Positions 27,291 through 42,309 of a stretch of DNA of 64,000 nucleotides are shown here, in pieces. Origin of the DNA: Octopus bimaculoides. Lineage: Eukaryota. A program made the translations under genes and the position numbers. The notes below the pieces were generated by a model. It saw only the letters and a program-made list of their open reading frames with translations. It was not told the DNA's origin and searched no databases. The stretch's first letter is position 1. The number at the start of each line of letters is the position of its first letter. Location of the stretch: contig NC_068993.1 in the NCBI RefSeq assembly GCF_001194135.2, positions 63,864,319-63,928,318 on the forward strand, in the 5' to 3' direction.

Positions 27291-27376
27291 TCGACTTACC
27301 TACCGGCTCAAGTTCAAATCTCTTGAGCACTTCGAAGTGTATTCTATATAGAGAACACCTGTCTCTCAACTACACG

Positions 27377-27430
<54 letters not shown>

Positions 27431-27754
27431 TACACATACAGAAGTTTATCATATAAGTTTATATGTGCATGTCTAGATATGCAAGTATATGCGTGAGATA
27501 TGTACATAAAACAAAACATACGAATCAACAAATATACATACAAACATACATACAAAAATATCCTGTTGATGCTGTTGAGATTCTAAGGAATAGCCTTGGA
27601 TCTAGGTTAGAAACCAGCTCTTTCACTATTGACAAGAAATCTTGAAGTTAAACTAAATAATGACACACATATGTCCGCCTTCTGCAAGACAGTTATCGAC
27701 GAAACCTCGTTCAAAAAATATTAGTGAAGCCGAAGCAATGATAGAAGACAATTG

Positions 27755-27830
27755 CCTGGGGTGAGGCGCAATCGAACCAGGAAACATGTGGTTTTTAAGT
27801 GTACTTCTCAAACCCACAACTATACTTCTG
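27755..27830 (-). mobile_element. Degenerate tRNA-derived SINE head
   Basis: ATCGAACCAGGAAACATGTGGTT resembles a reverse-strand B-box region. Confidence 0.45.
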
Positions 27831-28341
27831 CTCTCATTTGTCACACTTTTAAGTCAACACAACAAATAAACTGTCATTGGATGTCTTGTACGGTAAACAG
27901 TAAAAAATCTGATTCAATCGCACGGCTAGGCATACACCATATGGCTAATCTCTCTAATCCAAATAAATTAAATTAATCCCCGTAATTTACCTGTACTCAT
28001 AAATAATAAAAGATCGAAAATATCGAAGTACTTTTCTGAGGGTCAGATATTCTTCAAGGGATTCCGCTTTTTAAAACATTTTTGTAGCGGAAACACTTAA
28101 AATTGAGGAATCAAAACAATCTATGATTTTAAAAGTCTCATTACTATTGTAATTAGCAAATGTACATAAATAGTATTTTATGTATGTATGCATTTGTATG
28201 TGCGTGTGGGAGCATACACACACATATATATTTGTATATATATATACTAATATATACTTTTGTTATTTACACCACCTGTCCTCGTCTGTTGTTATTATTT
28301 GTATATTCTCCCATATATATATTTCCCTAGTACACACCTTC

Positions 28342-28424
<83 letters not shown>

Positions 28425-30019
28425 AGAGAGATTGTTCGCTGCCATGTTAGTCTCTAATGTATTATATTGCTGAACTTGTTTTACCATTAGTTTGAGAAAG
28501 TCACATTCATTCACTGCTTAAATATTGCTTTTCCTTTATGAATATCATCAGTAGGTTTCTAAACTTCTTTTTCGATATTCATAAAGGAAATTGTTTTGTA
28601 AACTAGAGAGAGTTCCTCATTGCTCTCCTTAACATCCAGTGGAATATGGGATTCGCATCATAAATATGAAAAGGAAGTGGAAATTTGTATTCATAACAGT
28701 TTAGAAAACATGATGACTTTTCGTCTTTTATCGTGAAGATTTCTAAGGAAGTGTACGTACGTAAATTGGGGAATGTTAAGGTGTGTCGGGGAAAAATAAT
28801 ACTTTACTTTCTATGGATTCGGTATATATGAATTTCCAAGAATTGCTTCCGTTTCTCTGTTGTGAGAAAAATTTTCTTAGCTCAAACATTCATAACTCTT
28901 GTCGTGAATGAATAAGTATGTGCAGCTTTAGAAAACCTGTGCGTGATATGCAATGCAATCAATATAGATATTGATCCTGTTAAAGATATTTCAAAACGCA
29001 GCTCATGAAATCGTTGATGACATCGAAAAATCATTTCTTATATAGAGTAATGGAAACAAGAAAGAATATTTCTAATGAACGAATCATCATTTATAAGCGA
29101 GTTTCATAATTTGTGTACTTGAAATATGTTGGACATCAGTCGAAATGTAGTCAATACTTCTGTTGAAATTCTTTATCGCGAAATAGACTTCGCTTAGATC
29201 TGTGACATCAAATCGATGTTTCGATTACCTACATCTGTATCAGGACAAATTCTATAGTAATGTTCCACAAGAACTTTTCATATCATTGTCTGAATGTTAA
29301 AGAAGAAATTCAACAGAAATATTTGAAAAAAGTTGTTCATGTAAAATCAACGAGACACGAACACAAATGTATAAACATTATATCGGAGACGAAAGTAAAC
29401 AGAAATAAGTTAATTTGTTGCTTTATGGTGGCTGCCACAAAGTCATACATTTCGATATTTCTTTATGAAAGAAGTGTATAGCGCTCAAAACTCGAAAGTA
29501 GAACGAAAAATATTGTAATGTACATTAAGTAATTTAATGTTAGTATGATTTATCTTTGAGTTTAATTGAAGTTTTCGGGAGAGTTCAAGCTGGTCGCTAA
29601 CTAAGCGACAAGATTTTGGAGCTAAGAGAGTTGCCAGTGTCTGTAAACATGTGAGTTTTTGTGTTGAGTATGAATGTATGTATAACATGCTTGGGTATGT
29701 ATGTATGTATGTATGTATGTATGTATGTATGTATGTATGTATGTATGTATGCTTGCATGTATGTATATATGTATTATGTATGTATGTATGTATCTATCTA
29801 TCTATCTATCTATAAGATGATAATCACTTAAAGTGGGAATAAAATATATAATTATAAGAGTAAACATCTAAGAAAATTGAACGAAAAAGATAATAGGAGA
29901 AATATTGATATCACTTGGATGGATTACATAAAACTTTGTAGGCAAAGCACCAGTCATTGGCCAATCGTGACGTAGATATGTTTTTATGCGATAATTCAAG
30001 TCTATATATTGCACGAGTC

Positions 30020-30112
30020 ACCCAGGAAAAAAATTATGTAATTTTGCCCTGACATCCTTATTCGCCTGACCTTGACCCATCTGGCAATCATCTTTTCGGA
30101 TCATTGCAATAT
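30020..30112 (+). mobile_element. Mariner transposase fragment
   Basis: ILP*HPYSPDLDPSGNHLFGSLQ corresponds to the mariner HPPYSPDLAPSDYHLF motif. Confidence 0.85.
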
Positions 30113-31089
30113 TAGTCAGTTTATTAATTGAGTGTTTCTTTGCTTCGGAATAAGAAGAATTTTACACCCCGAGGATTAACTATTGAAAAGTAGATGAGCT
30201 TAATACTATTAAAAAGGAGGAGAAATATTACCTGGAGTAAATACATCAAAACCAAAGAAGAATTTGTTTCTTTGCCATCTTGAAGTGCGACAGGACTATC
30301 TATCTTTCCAACTTAATATGTGTGTGTGTTTGTGAATAGACAATGTCACATTTTGTGGATGCCATAGCACTACAAATTAAGTATATTTGTTTACCTCCAT
30401 TATTGTATATTTAATTATACATTAGAGCGATGGATGTCAAACTACGAAGCTACGTCTGGCAGTATGCTGTATTAATATTATTTAGAATAATATTGTTTCG
30501 TGCATTAAGTACTAATTCGATTATGTTACTAACGAAAATGCGATTATACAATTCAAACTAATATAGTGACTTAAATATTTATCAGTTATACTCGACCACC
30601 CCAAGCTGTCAATTATGATGGCGTCAATAACGAGAATGTAAATAAAAATGTCAAAATAATAGGAGAATAAAATTATATTTGTCATTCCTGAAATTTTATA
30701 CAGGTTTGAATATTTCTGATATGTACAATATGTTGTCGTCAACGATACCCTTGTTATTTTACGTTATTTTCTATAATAAACGCTCTACCTAATTTCACAA
30801 ATGTTGTAAGTGTAATCAAAGCTACCAAAATATATGCACTTTTGCACATGAGTACATGATCTTATAATTAATGATCTCATTATTAAAGATGCGTGTTTTC
30901 AACATATTCGACACCTTTGTGCTTAATAAGGATTATACAGCATTTCTTCTGTTTTTTTATATTCCGAATTCAAATACCCACGCGGTGAACTTTGCCTTTT
31001 ATCATTACGATCTCAATAAAATAATGCATGTCACGCACTGGATAAAACCAACTAACCCTAAAATCGCTGGGGCGTTTGTTACAGCGACA

Positions 31090-31455
31090 GGAGGGAAGAA
31101 TGGTTAGAAAGCTGGTCAAAATGCTTGGCTGCAAGTGTTCTTCTGTGTTAACTCCGGCCAACCAACACCTTGTGAATGGATTTGATAAAAGGAAACTGAA
31201 AGAAGCTCGTCATAACTATACATATCTATATATCTAAGTATGTGTTTCTTTGTCATTTGTTGTGCTTGTCCCCACCATCACTTGGCAACTGGGTTCATTG
31301 GTTTACGTCCCTGTAACCTAGCGGTTCAGCATATGCGCCGAGAAAATATGTACCAGGTTTACTAATGAATACTGGTGTTGATTTCTTCGACAAAATCCTT
31401 CAGCTCGATGCTCCAGTTTGGCCGCAGTCCAATGGCTGAAACAAATAAAATTCAA
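31090..31455 (+). mobile_element. SINE of a second family (GCTCCAGCATGGCCGCAG tail)
   Basis: GGAAACTGAAAGAAGC, TTTACGTCCCTGTAACCTAGCGGTTC and GCTCCAGTTTGGCCGCAGTC...CTGAAACA are shared with 52455-52655. Confidence 0.8.
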
Positions 31456-33584
31456 AGATAGAGATAATTTCACGCAAGGTAATTAATAGACACTAATTTG
31501 CATATTTTACTCCGTGCTCAAAAGATTCAACCCTATAGAAATAGCAGATGGCATACAAATGTGGAGGACTCCTTCGCTGAAACGAAAAGAAAGAAAATAT
31601 CATTAAAGAAATTCATAATAATAATAAATGTTACATTCCTCTCATCTCACTAAAGAATAAAGAATGGATTGCAAGAATGTCTTCTCCTTTGCTATACATG
31701 GCAAATTAGTAATCAATCGGCACATAACTTACATAATTATGTCAAAGACAATCTTAACAGTGGATTTCAAAGATAAATAATATCTTAATGAAATTTTTTA
31801 TAATAAATAAGCTTGTGGCTATTCATGTTTCGATGTTTAATTCCAATTCTAACACACAATTTAATTTGCTTCAAGAAAATGAGTGTCTGTCTGGCGTTTG
31901 GATGTTTTGTATGACATAAAAACAGAACGATTAAGAGAGGTTAGCGATAGAATTCAGCAAAAATATTCTCTAGAGTTATTTTGCTCCATGGAAATCTTAG
32001 ATTTTTTCAATTACAACGAGGATGTTTTCAATTGATGCGTAAATTCTATTCACATATTTATTGTTGAATAATCACAACGTTAACATTTTTTTTTTCGAAT
32101 TTTAGCGCTATGTTGATTTCACTGGAACTAACCAGCAAAGCAATTATGAAGTTTTCGCTATTTACCATTGAGCAACGAACGATTCAGTCTAGCCTTTATA
32201 AACACATTAGTAATTTTGTTTCTCTTTCTTTTTTCGATGTCTCCTTAAGAAAATTTATTCTAATTTTAACCATAACAATTGATTTCTTTGACTTCACCCC
32301 AGAATAACAGCCCCCCCCACCCCAAAGGAAAGTAACAAAAGCAAGAACTGCTGTGTGTAGTCTGCTACAGGATGAGAAGAAAAGTTTGAGCGACGAAGTA
32401 GAGCAAAGCTAGCGCTGGAATTGAGCACCCACACACGCGCACCCCCCACACTCAAACACACACACGCGCAAACACACACACACATACATACAAGACACAC
32501 ATATACTTATACAGACACGCACGTGTGTGCGTGTGTAGGTGTGTATGTATGTACAGTCTAACCCTTTAAAACACACAAATCTTGTGTGTTTTAATCTTGT
32601 TGAGCGTAGCGACGTGTTTTTGCGGCACTAATGCATATAATTTGGTGCCATGACATCGATCATGGGTCAACCAGTGAATGTCATTTTAAACTTTAATTAT
32701 TTCTTTTATTTTGTTTGTTTTATATATTTTTGTATATGTTCTATAGTTTTCCATCTTGTTTTCTATTCAGTTAATATGCTATCACTCTTAAAAATATTAC
32801 AACTGAACGCTGCGTTGGTTGGCCATGACCAACCCACCCCGCTCATAGAATCAGAAGCACATTTTATACGTGTCAGTTTTAAAACCACATCAAGGAATCC
32901 AGTATTTAAGATTTGCAATAAACCTTTAAACAATTAAAAGGTGGAGCAATCGGAGTGGAAGTTACCGAACACGTTGGCAGATATTAACTAACTTAATAAG
33001 TTAATAACATTAACTAAGCGCACCACCTTCGATACGTTAATGATGTTAACCTTGCTGTTAAAATTATTGTTAATCCTGACGACAATTTCAATAAAGAAAC
33101 CCCGCTACAGAGTATAAAAAATTCAATCTTTTACAATGTAGCTTTTGACTACCATTTGATGCACCCCAGCTTACATGCAATGAGCAGCGATTTAAGGTAT
33201 TTAAGAGCTAATCATGCGCACCAAAAGCATAAATACTACATTCGCATAACAGAACATCCTTGGCAAAATCGTCAGCTATCAGAAAAAAATCTCCGCTATT
33301 TAGAAACTGGGAAAACGAAAATTTTGATTGATCAATTCGTAATAATGACAAGGAATATGTTACCTATTCCACAAACACAAGAATGGCAAAAATTCATTCA
33401 TCATTCTATTTTGTGAATGCAGTTTTTAGGTGAAAAACAAAAAGTTAGGCTCAGAATATATAAAGAAGCCAATATGGAGTTCCCTGATATTCTGAAAAAC
33501 ATAATGCTGACGCAACTAGATCTTTATAAAGTAGCAGCTTTTGGAATAGATTAAAATGCTTTCTTTTCAAGCCATACCAGGCAC

Positions 33585-33797
33585 ATAAGGGCCAGTTTTC
33601 CGGATTCAGTGGTGTATATATTCTCCACCTGGGCGCGACACCAGTCTGTCGAAGGGCTACTCAGTTTGGCCAGTTGAGAGCAACGTGAAACGAAGTGTTT
33701 TCCTCAAGAACATAACTCGTCGCCCGGTCCAGGAATCGGAACCAAAATCTTACGATCATGTGTCCAACACCTTAACCACTAAGCCTCGTGCCTCCAC
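33585..33797 (-). mobile_element. tRNA-derived SINE of a third family
   Basis: Minus strand begins GTGGAGGCACGAGGCTTAGTGGTTAAGG (A box) and has GGTTCCGATTCCTGG (B box); body shared with 58620-58715. Confidence 0.85.
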
Positions 33798-34099
33798 TGT
33801 AATAGATTAGTTAGATATAAAATAGTGAAGACCTGTATTTGGTGCAATGAAAAATGAGACTATAACCACAATTGTGTACGTGTAAGATAAACATGTATGA
33901 GTCACTCAGATGGCGATTTCGTTCGATCGTCGGCAATGCAACTCAGGAAATTTGAAAGAAAGATAATTCTAGTGGGTTGTTGTTATCTGCCACGCTTAGA
34001 ATTCTCAAAGACGAATCTTGGCATGTATCCCTAAGTGAATGTTAGTTCGTTCTGTTTTCTTCTTCTTTGTTATCTAAGATTGGAGTACGGCGAAGGAGA

Positions 34100-34380
34100 T
34101 GAAACCTTTTTGTGAGGCAAAACCCACGTAACTTCGAACGCTTGCATCAGCACAACACAATGTTCCGTCATCACCAGCTGGAGGAAAAAAATACACTTGC
34201 AGAGCATGTTCAGAAGTTGAGAGAGAATGGAGACTACTTGCACTTTTACGACAATATTAGTTAAAGGACAGACATTATAAAACACATGAATGTCATATGA
34301 CATAAAAAATATTATATTACACATCATTCTACTTCAATCTTAAATAAAATGATCAAACTAATTTTCATACGGCGAAATTT
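34100..34380 (+). mobile_element. Penelope-like GIY-YIG endonuclease fragment
   Basis: GKT / NFERLHQHNTMFRHHQLEEKNTLAEHVQKLREN / KKYYITHHSTSILNK follows the PLE EN C-terminal pattern. Confidence 0.7.
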
Positions 34381-35109
34381 AGATATTCAAATATGACCAC
34401 CGTTAATGCATGACCGACACCAGCAGACACGGCTACGAATCATTTTCGTACTTTTACACTGGAGAAGTGCACAGTTGACCAAGCAAGTAAATTTCTGAGA
34501 TATATTTATAAGACTTCCAACGTTAAATTGAATTGAGCAATTTGATCATCTTGTTCCACAACATTAACGAATACTATATANNNNNNNNNNNNNNNNNNNN
34601 NNNNNNNNNNNNNNNNNNNNNNNNNNNNNNNNNNNNNNNNNNNNNNNNNNNNNNNNNNNNNNNNNNNNNNNNNNNNNNNNNNNNNNNNNNNNNNNNNNNN
34701 NNNNNNNNNNNNNNNNNNNNNNNNNNNNNNNNNNNNNNNNNNNNNNNNNNNNNNNNNNNNNNNNNNNNNNNNNNNNNNNNNNNNNNNNNNNNNNNNNNNN
34801 NNNNNNNNNNNNNNNNNNNNNNNNNNNNNNNNNNNNNNNNNNNNNNNNNNNNNNNNNNNNNNNNNNNNNNNNNNNNNNNNNNNNNNNNNNNNNNNNNNNN
34901 NNNNNNNNNNNNNNNNNNNNNNNNNNNNNNNNNNNNNNNNNNNNNNNNNNNNNNNNNNNNNNNNNNNNNNNNNNNNNNNNNNNNNNNNNNNNNNNNNNNN
35001 NNNNNNNNNNNNNNNNNNNNNNNNNNNNNNNNNNNNNNNNNNNNNNNNNNNNNNNNNNNNNNNNNNNNNNNNTATATATATATATATATATATACTCACA
35101 CACACACAT

Positions 35110-35152
<43 letters not shown>

Positions 35153-35904
35153 ATACATACATAAATATGTAGGGATAAAGAAAGTTAGAGAAAGAAAGCG
35201 ATAGAATAATAACTGTATTTAAATGATGTGTTAAACATCGATCGCGTTACAATTGTCAGCTTTATCAGCTTCACCGTTTGTTCGCCTCACCGGTTATTAA
35301 TATTAACCCAACTACACTCCATGAATTTCGGATAATTATAGATAAGAATGTTTATTTTCAATAAGACTTGATATGAACATTATTCCAAATTTTATTACCA
35401 GAAGATCGAAGGAAAGAGTGGAACATGTTAATCCGGCATCCGAATAAATTTTTGCATTGAGTTCTGCGTTATGCAAAACTATAGACACACATACGCGCGC
35501 GCGCACACAGGGACACACATACATGCGCACACACACAAACACAGACACACATTCATATGCATGTGTGCGTATATCCGTATTTACGTATATATGTACGTGC
35601 ATGTATGTGTGCATGTATGTGTGTATATGCACATATTAATGAGTATGTTTCTATGTGTGTATGAATGTATGTATGCATGTATATATGTGTGTAAGCGTGC
35701 ATATATGCATGTTCCCTAGAACGCAGATGTCTGATACGCGCATAGAATATTATGTCTGACCTTTCTGTATGATCCAGGGCCATTAGTAAAGGCCAAGTGA
35801 ACAGATTTTTACCTCACCTCGTCAGAAATACTTCGTAAACTTGGCATCAAACCATTCCATTGAATATATATCTTAATATTGGTGCAGCAGCAAAAGCTAT
35901 TTTA

Positions 35905-35975
35905 CCAGGACACATTGTCTAACAGCATTTCGGTATTTCCTTCCCTTTTAAATTCTCAGTTCAAATCTTAGAATT
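35905..35975 (+). mobile_element. Degenerate SINE fragment
   Basis: CAGCATTTCG...TTCTCAGTTCAAATC. Confidence 0.45.
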
Positions 35976-38119
35976 GAACAAAATTTTACTGCCTATTGGA
36001 TATAGTTAAGGAAAAACTTCTAACACATACATGGTAAATTGAATGTATTACATAGCCATTCTCTTCAAATTTTGATATTGTGAAAAATCTTATGTGACCG
36101 GTTAATATGTTTCGTCAAATGTACATTAAAATTTGCAATGGCCAAAACTTTTGAATATCCATAAATAATTTGTCTTATATCATTCAGAATGTAAGAAGAA
36201 AATAAAATAAAAGGACGTTTATTTTATTTTAACTTCTACGGATTCATCGTACCTGAATTCGTAAGAATTTTTCGTTTTATCTTAAAACATTCCAAGCTCG
36301 AACGTAAGCTGTCTTAGAATAAACTAACTGTGAGAAGCTACAGGCAGAAAAGAAAGAGGATGCATTGAATTTTCTACAAGTGATATGCAAAGCAATCATT
36401 ACTCACATTAATCCTCTTAAAGGGAATCAGCTCATCCGTTCGTTTGATAATAACGATTAGGTGTCCATGTGCATAAACAGAAAGTGGAACGATGAAATAA
36501 TGTCACTTCGTGTCAATAATTATTGGTGATTAACTCTTGACACCCTCGCTGAAATATATATGTTTCTTAGAAACCAGAAGTTGGATCAATTGGAAAGGAG
36601 AAAAATAAAGAATCGCACAAAATCGAAGTTTCAGCACCAACCAATGCATTATAAACACCCGAGATTCCTACATATTACATATAAATAGGAGATGATTAAA
36701 TTAGACCGTTTGTGTTATTTATTTATTTATTGCTAGAGCAGCTGATATATTACCTTCCTGATATTTACTTGCCTTCCTTTGTATATTGAGTTCAAATCTC
36801 ATCGAAGTTGTTTGCCAATCTTGGAGTCAATACAATAACGTCTCAATTAGATACCGAGATCCGTTTCTTCATCTGCACTCTATCGCAAAGTCTGTTTTTC
36901 TTTGCCTGAGTTACAAAACAATTTTTTTTTAGTTCTGTGGTGAGAAAACCTGTTATATTTAACCGACATTTTTCAGACCGATGAACTGAAGTAGCTTCAC
37001 CTAAAACTTCATCCTTGTGCTAGAGCTTGAAATCAGTTTACCTTTACTCAGGTAACATTTATACTTGATTAACAATAGTTTAGTCTTGTGCTTTCTATTA
37101 TTTCCATTAAATACAGAATTTTTCTCTGTAGAGTTGAAAGTTTTAAGAACAATAACAGTTACTCAGGAAGATTAAATTCAGGACATCAATCTCTGTTGTG
37201 CAGCAGTTAACATTCTGCTGTGAGGATTGTTTTTCCGTCCTAATAACTGTTTATTTTTTAAATCAAGAACCGAGCATTCTAAACTACAATTTGTCTTACA
37301 CAAAGACCTTTCAAAATTATAAAATGTACTCCAGGTTAACACAGACCTGATGGGAAACACGGAACATTTTGTGTATGTAATTTCGACTATGATTGATTCC
37401 TAATACATCTGGTACAAACGAAATCTTTGTACGATGTTATTATAATAGTTGTTTTTTGTAGCGTTTGTTAGTATTTACGGTTTAGTTTCAGATTGATTAA
37501 AATATTCGATTGATCAAAATATTCTTCGTTACTTTTGCTTAATTTTTCGTTTTGCTCCATTATTTGAGAACAAATTTAATGTTTCGAATTTCCTATTTGC
37601 ACAGATGTCTAACTAAATATTCACTACAATGCAACTATTTTATTCGTACACACACACACACACACTCACAGTGTCACATACCTATCTGTTTATCTTTCTC
37701 TATTTCTCAAAATAAATAAATAGTTGGATAGATCAATTCATAATACCAATTGTACATGGAAATGAACATTTTTACAAAACGTTGCCGTATTTCTTTTAAA
37801 ATTCTATGTAGTTAAATATACCATTGATATAAAGTAACCTTGTAAATAGTGTAGAAATTATGAAATAATTAATATACACACATACACCTATGCTCATAAA
37901 TTCACACACACACACACACTTGTAAGCATGCTCATGAATGCACATACACACACATCCCTTCAGAGAAATTTGCACGCGCGCCACATTTCCTTACATCATC
38001 GATAGCAGAAATGAGTCGAATTTTATCTCAGTTGGCCTTGTACATAACGTGACATGTTTCTCTCGATCTGTTGTCATTAGTAAGTTTCCACAGCAACAAT
38101 GGTTGTATCACCTTATCTT

Positions 38120-39300
38120 TGTTTCTCCAACAGTGACCAATAAACTTTAATCTTAATTGTCATGACGTTCTTGCTATCAGACAGTTCGGCATTGATTTTA
38201 AATGTTTCCTCCATGGCATATTGAATGATGCTTGATGTAATCATGTGCACACCCTGTCCAAGAGAGGTTGTAAGCTTTTCGTTAGTGTCCATCTTTCTAC
38301 ACCACACATTATCAAACCCATTTCTGTTGCTCTGTAAATTACCGGACACGTTTCTGTTGCTCAAGATTTACATTTGATTTCCGTGGTCAGTTTGTTAGCC
38401 GCTGACTAAACTTTATCAGCATCTATTGTTCAGTTTTAAAGATACTGGAAACCATTCACTTATTTCAGCTTGTTTTCTTTTCAAATGTAATGCTGTCCAC
38501 TGACGTCTGGTTAACGAAAGATAGACTCAGTATTTGTTTTTTCCAAGTATAAACGTATTTGAGCAACTGTAATTTCCTCTTTTAGCAACAATAGTTGAGC
38601 TTCTTCAGCCATATCCATTCCCCAAATCGCTATCCGCTTGCTTTCATTTTACCAAAGAAGTTTGGTCCATTATCTTTAGTGGGTGTGAATCCAGCTTAAG
38701 GTGATGCTGTTACGAAACATTTGGGTGTCAGAGTGTCTTTTAGAGAATTCCTGCAAAGGTCTTTTTTAAAATACCCCTAAATCTTCATCGGGCGTGGTCA
38801 TTTGTGCCATTGCCGCCTTGCGGAGAATATCAATGTCACTTACATCACCATATACTTATTGACTTTACATTAATTTCTCACAATAAATATGTCTTAAGCG
38901 TTTTTGAAATCTTCTGATTTTAATATGGCGTCCAGTTTTGATCTCTTACTTCCTTTAAACAATCTCTGTAAAGAAAGTATTTATGAAGTAGTTGAAAGAA
39001 TTGATCGGAACCAGTTTTGTTTTTATTCTGACACTGGTTCGAAGTGACGTCTGTTCTTCCAAGAAACTGTCATGGATAGATCATCATTTTTTGGTTTTAA
39101 AACAATGCTTCTTTCCACGTATCTCTGGTCTTTCTTCACTATAGTCTTCCACGTCAACAAAGCACACAAGCTACTGCCTCATGACATTATAGAACTATTC
39201 ACTCTGATAAGTTTACGTGCTTTAACAGGTTTTCGTTTTCTTCTTGCAGTGGACTTGAAAATCAACCCCATCACCAAAAAGGCTTGGTAGGTTTGATGGT
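38120..39300 (-). mobile_element. RTE-clade LINE remnant (RT C-terminal half)
   Basis: AEEAQLLLLKEEITVAQIRLYLEKTNTE; LK*VNGFQYL; VIYRATEMGLIMCGVERWTLTKSLQPLLD...FNMPWRKH...LRLKFIGHCWR. Clear for 38120-38640, extension beyond that uncertain. Confidence 0.8.
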
Positions 39301-40724
39301 TTTGTCATCGACAACTTGACATTATAACCGGTTTTACCAAATTACATGCTATTACTAGTTCTCAAGAGCAACTCTAACAATACACGCATAAATACATACA
39401 TCTAGCAATAACATTGCTAGCATTCTGTAAGAGGTTGGACCTGCACAATAAAGACAAAAGCAAACGTTCGGAGCCAAGCTGGGTTCACAACTTCAAAAAT
39501 AACATTCTGTACATTCTTTATCTTCGTAGAACATACACACATACGCACATACACACACACACATACATACATACATACATACATACATACATACATACAT
39601 ACATACATACATTCACATGCACACACCGATAAATATTTGAAAACGATTTTTACCCTAATTGGGAAAATAAAACGTAGAGGAAGGATTTGCAGAGAGCTGC
39701 AAATGATAGGAGGAAACCGAGCGAAGGGCTTAGAGAGATATCTGGTAAATGAAATTCACTAGGAAAAATATGATATGAAATGCTGTGTGAATCGGGTGAT
39801 TTAGGCTTCGAGTCGAGAAAAGCAGACTTTTTACAAGGTTTATCCCAAGATCACTATTATTGACAATACTTAAGGGTTTCACGCATTCAATATTAGTTGA
39901 AAAAGATTTAACTAAGATCAGGAATCAAATTAGTGGCGACAAAAATCTCCGTCTTGCCAAGTAGAATGTTTTGCTAAGCATATTTAATAAGGCCAAAGCA
40001 TGTCTGTTGCTTCTTCCAGTTACTTTAAGACAAAAGCCACTCCTAAGCTACATTCCATTCTTAAGCTACATTTCCTATGTCAAAACTTTTCAATTAATTC
40101 AGTGTATTAGATATTAACAACCGAGCTAGTGATTATCCAGATGTTGGATAATATCAGTTGATCTACACTTTTCAAAAGATTACTGTATTACATGTATGAG
40201 ACCGCCGCACTAGAGTTGAATTTGCATGCAGAACATTTCCCTGAGATATTTCTCCCTCAGTATTCTATTATGAAATTCAATGAACCAGTGAAAGATTCGC
40301 TGCAAGCCTGTAATCAGTGACGTTGTTCGTCGCTAAATGCGATTATAAAATTAATAAAGAAGTAGGCCCTCGATGATCTGCTAATAATATGGTTCTTATC
40401 CGTTGTATTAATTGGAATTCTCTAACACAGTGACAATTCTTTTGCGAGGTATATAGCATGTTTTTCTTTAATTTTGAGTATTTGGGAATGAAACATATCG
40501 ATATTCTTTTGCATAGTTTTATTTTCAGATTTGTAATTTGAAATTTTTTTTCTTTTTCACTTCACGCAATTTGCCGGAAAATATTGCAATAGAATTAAAA
40601 CAACTAAATTTCAGAGAAATTGATTGCTCGAACCAGTTATCGAATTGAAATAAGAATCAAGGCCTCTTTCCACAGATCATTTTAGAGACAATGAGAGAAA
40701 GAGGAATAAGAATGAGAGAAAAAA

Positions 40725-40758
<34 letters not shown>

Positions 40759-42309
40759 AGAGAGGGAGAGGGAGAGAGAAGGTGAAAGAGTGATAGAGAG
40801 AGAGAAAGAGAAAAGAGAAAGAAAGAGACGAGAGGTAGAGCGAGTGATAGTGAATAGATTTGATTACACTATAAATCTTTAGTCTGTCACATTTTAACCG
40901 AGAAAGGAATCATTAAAATCAAAATTTAAGGCGTTTTCAAAATTTCAACTTGAATAAAGACGTTTACTAAGACCATCCATTAACCTGTGTAAGTCTGCAC
41001 GCTATTTCCGTATACAATGAGATTTCTACAATATCACATCCGTCTCTGTTTAAACAGCAGCAGATTTATTTGTTGTGGAAAAGAAATCACGGAACAGAAT
41101 TATTGCTCGGTTATGAACAAATATTAATCCTTTAAGACATTATGAAGAAATACAGAAACATTAGTCCTTCTCTTCCATTTTTCTTTTATTTCATTTCTCC
41201 ATTTTATTTTAATCGATTTCTAATTTTCATTTCATTCCAAATTTAATTTTAGAAGTTAAAATTGAGAGCAGGTGAAGATAGTACATTTTGAAAAATGGTT
41301 GGAGTTTCTGAAGGAATGATTGGTTTAAATTAATGGAATAAAATAAAAAAAAGTTTATGACTGAATGTTTTAAAAACTAATTCTGTTATTTTGTTGTTTA
41401 AACTTCAAATAACAGTTTATCTTTCCTACATATTTAGATGAACTGCTAAACGTCTAGAAAGAGTAAAATTTAGAATTACTCTAAAAGAACTCATTAACTT
41501 GTGTTATCTTTATTTCTCATATCGAATTTGATGTGATAGAGTCATCTTTTAGTTGAATCTTTCACAGGTCAAAGGATCATTTCACAACATTACATAACTA
41601 AATTCAATAGCACGCAATGGTATTGTTTGCCATATAGACGGGGTAGACATTTAATTTCTATTTAGATCCTCCACATTTGGTTTGAGAAGAAGCGAGTATG
41701 TTTTGTTTAAAAAGGCGACCAGGCCGAATGACTACAATAGAGTGTACTCTGCTAAAGTTGCTCAAAAATCATGTGGAAAATGGAATAGATCTACGAACCG
41801 ATTATACCCATGTGGTTGTGTCAAATAGTCTACGAATCAAATCTACCATCAAAGAACACAAGCCGCAAAGAACCAAAAACAAATAACGCAAAGCAGCTCG
41901 TCCAGTACTCTAACGATTGCGCTAATTTTCCGATTGAACTGGAACTTTATGTTAGCGACTCGTAAAAGATACCCTCGGTGAAATGTGAACTTACAAAGTT
42001 ACACTGACAGCATTTGAACGCAGACGATGATAAAGGGACTGAACTAAATACCGAAAGAAGCTTCCATCTAAAGTCTGTCATTTCTGCAAATCCACAATTG
42101 GAACAACATAAATATTGATATCGGTGAGAGTGAGCGACTATATACGTGGAGAGGAATAGGGATTTTGTAACGGTCATAATTTTCTAGAAACCTCATTGAT
42201 AAAATTAAAGGTGATTAACACCAACTGATAATTGAAACCGTATCCTTAGCGTTTGTCGACCTGAATCCAATTCTTTTATAAGAACGTCTTGCATAAAATG
42301 AAACTAAGT

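Noticed and set aside
36406-36550. Minus-strand acceptor/donor pair
   Set aside because: Stops in all three frames.
41994-42177. Cys-containing minus ORF (CSNC...CCQC) ending at GTAAGT
   Set aside because: No zinc-finger histidine spacing; consistent with chance.
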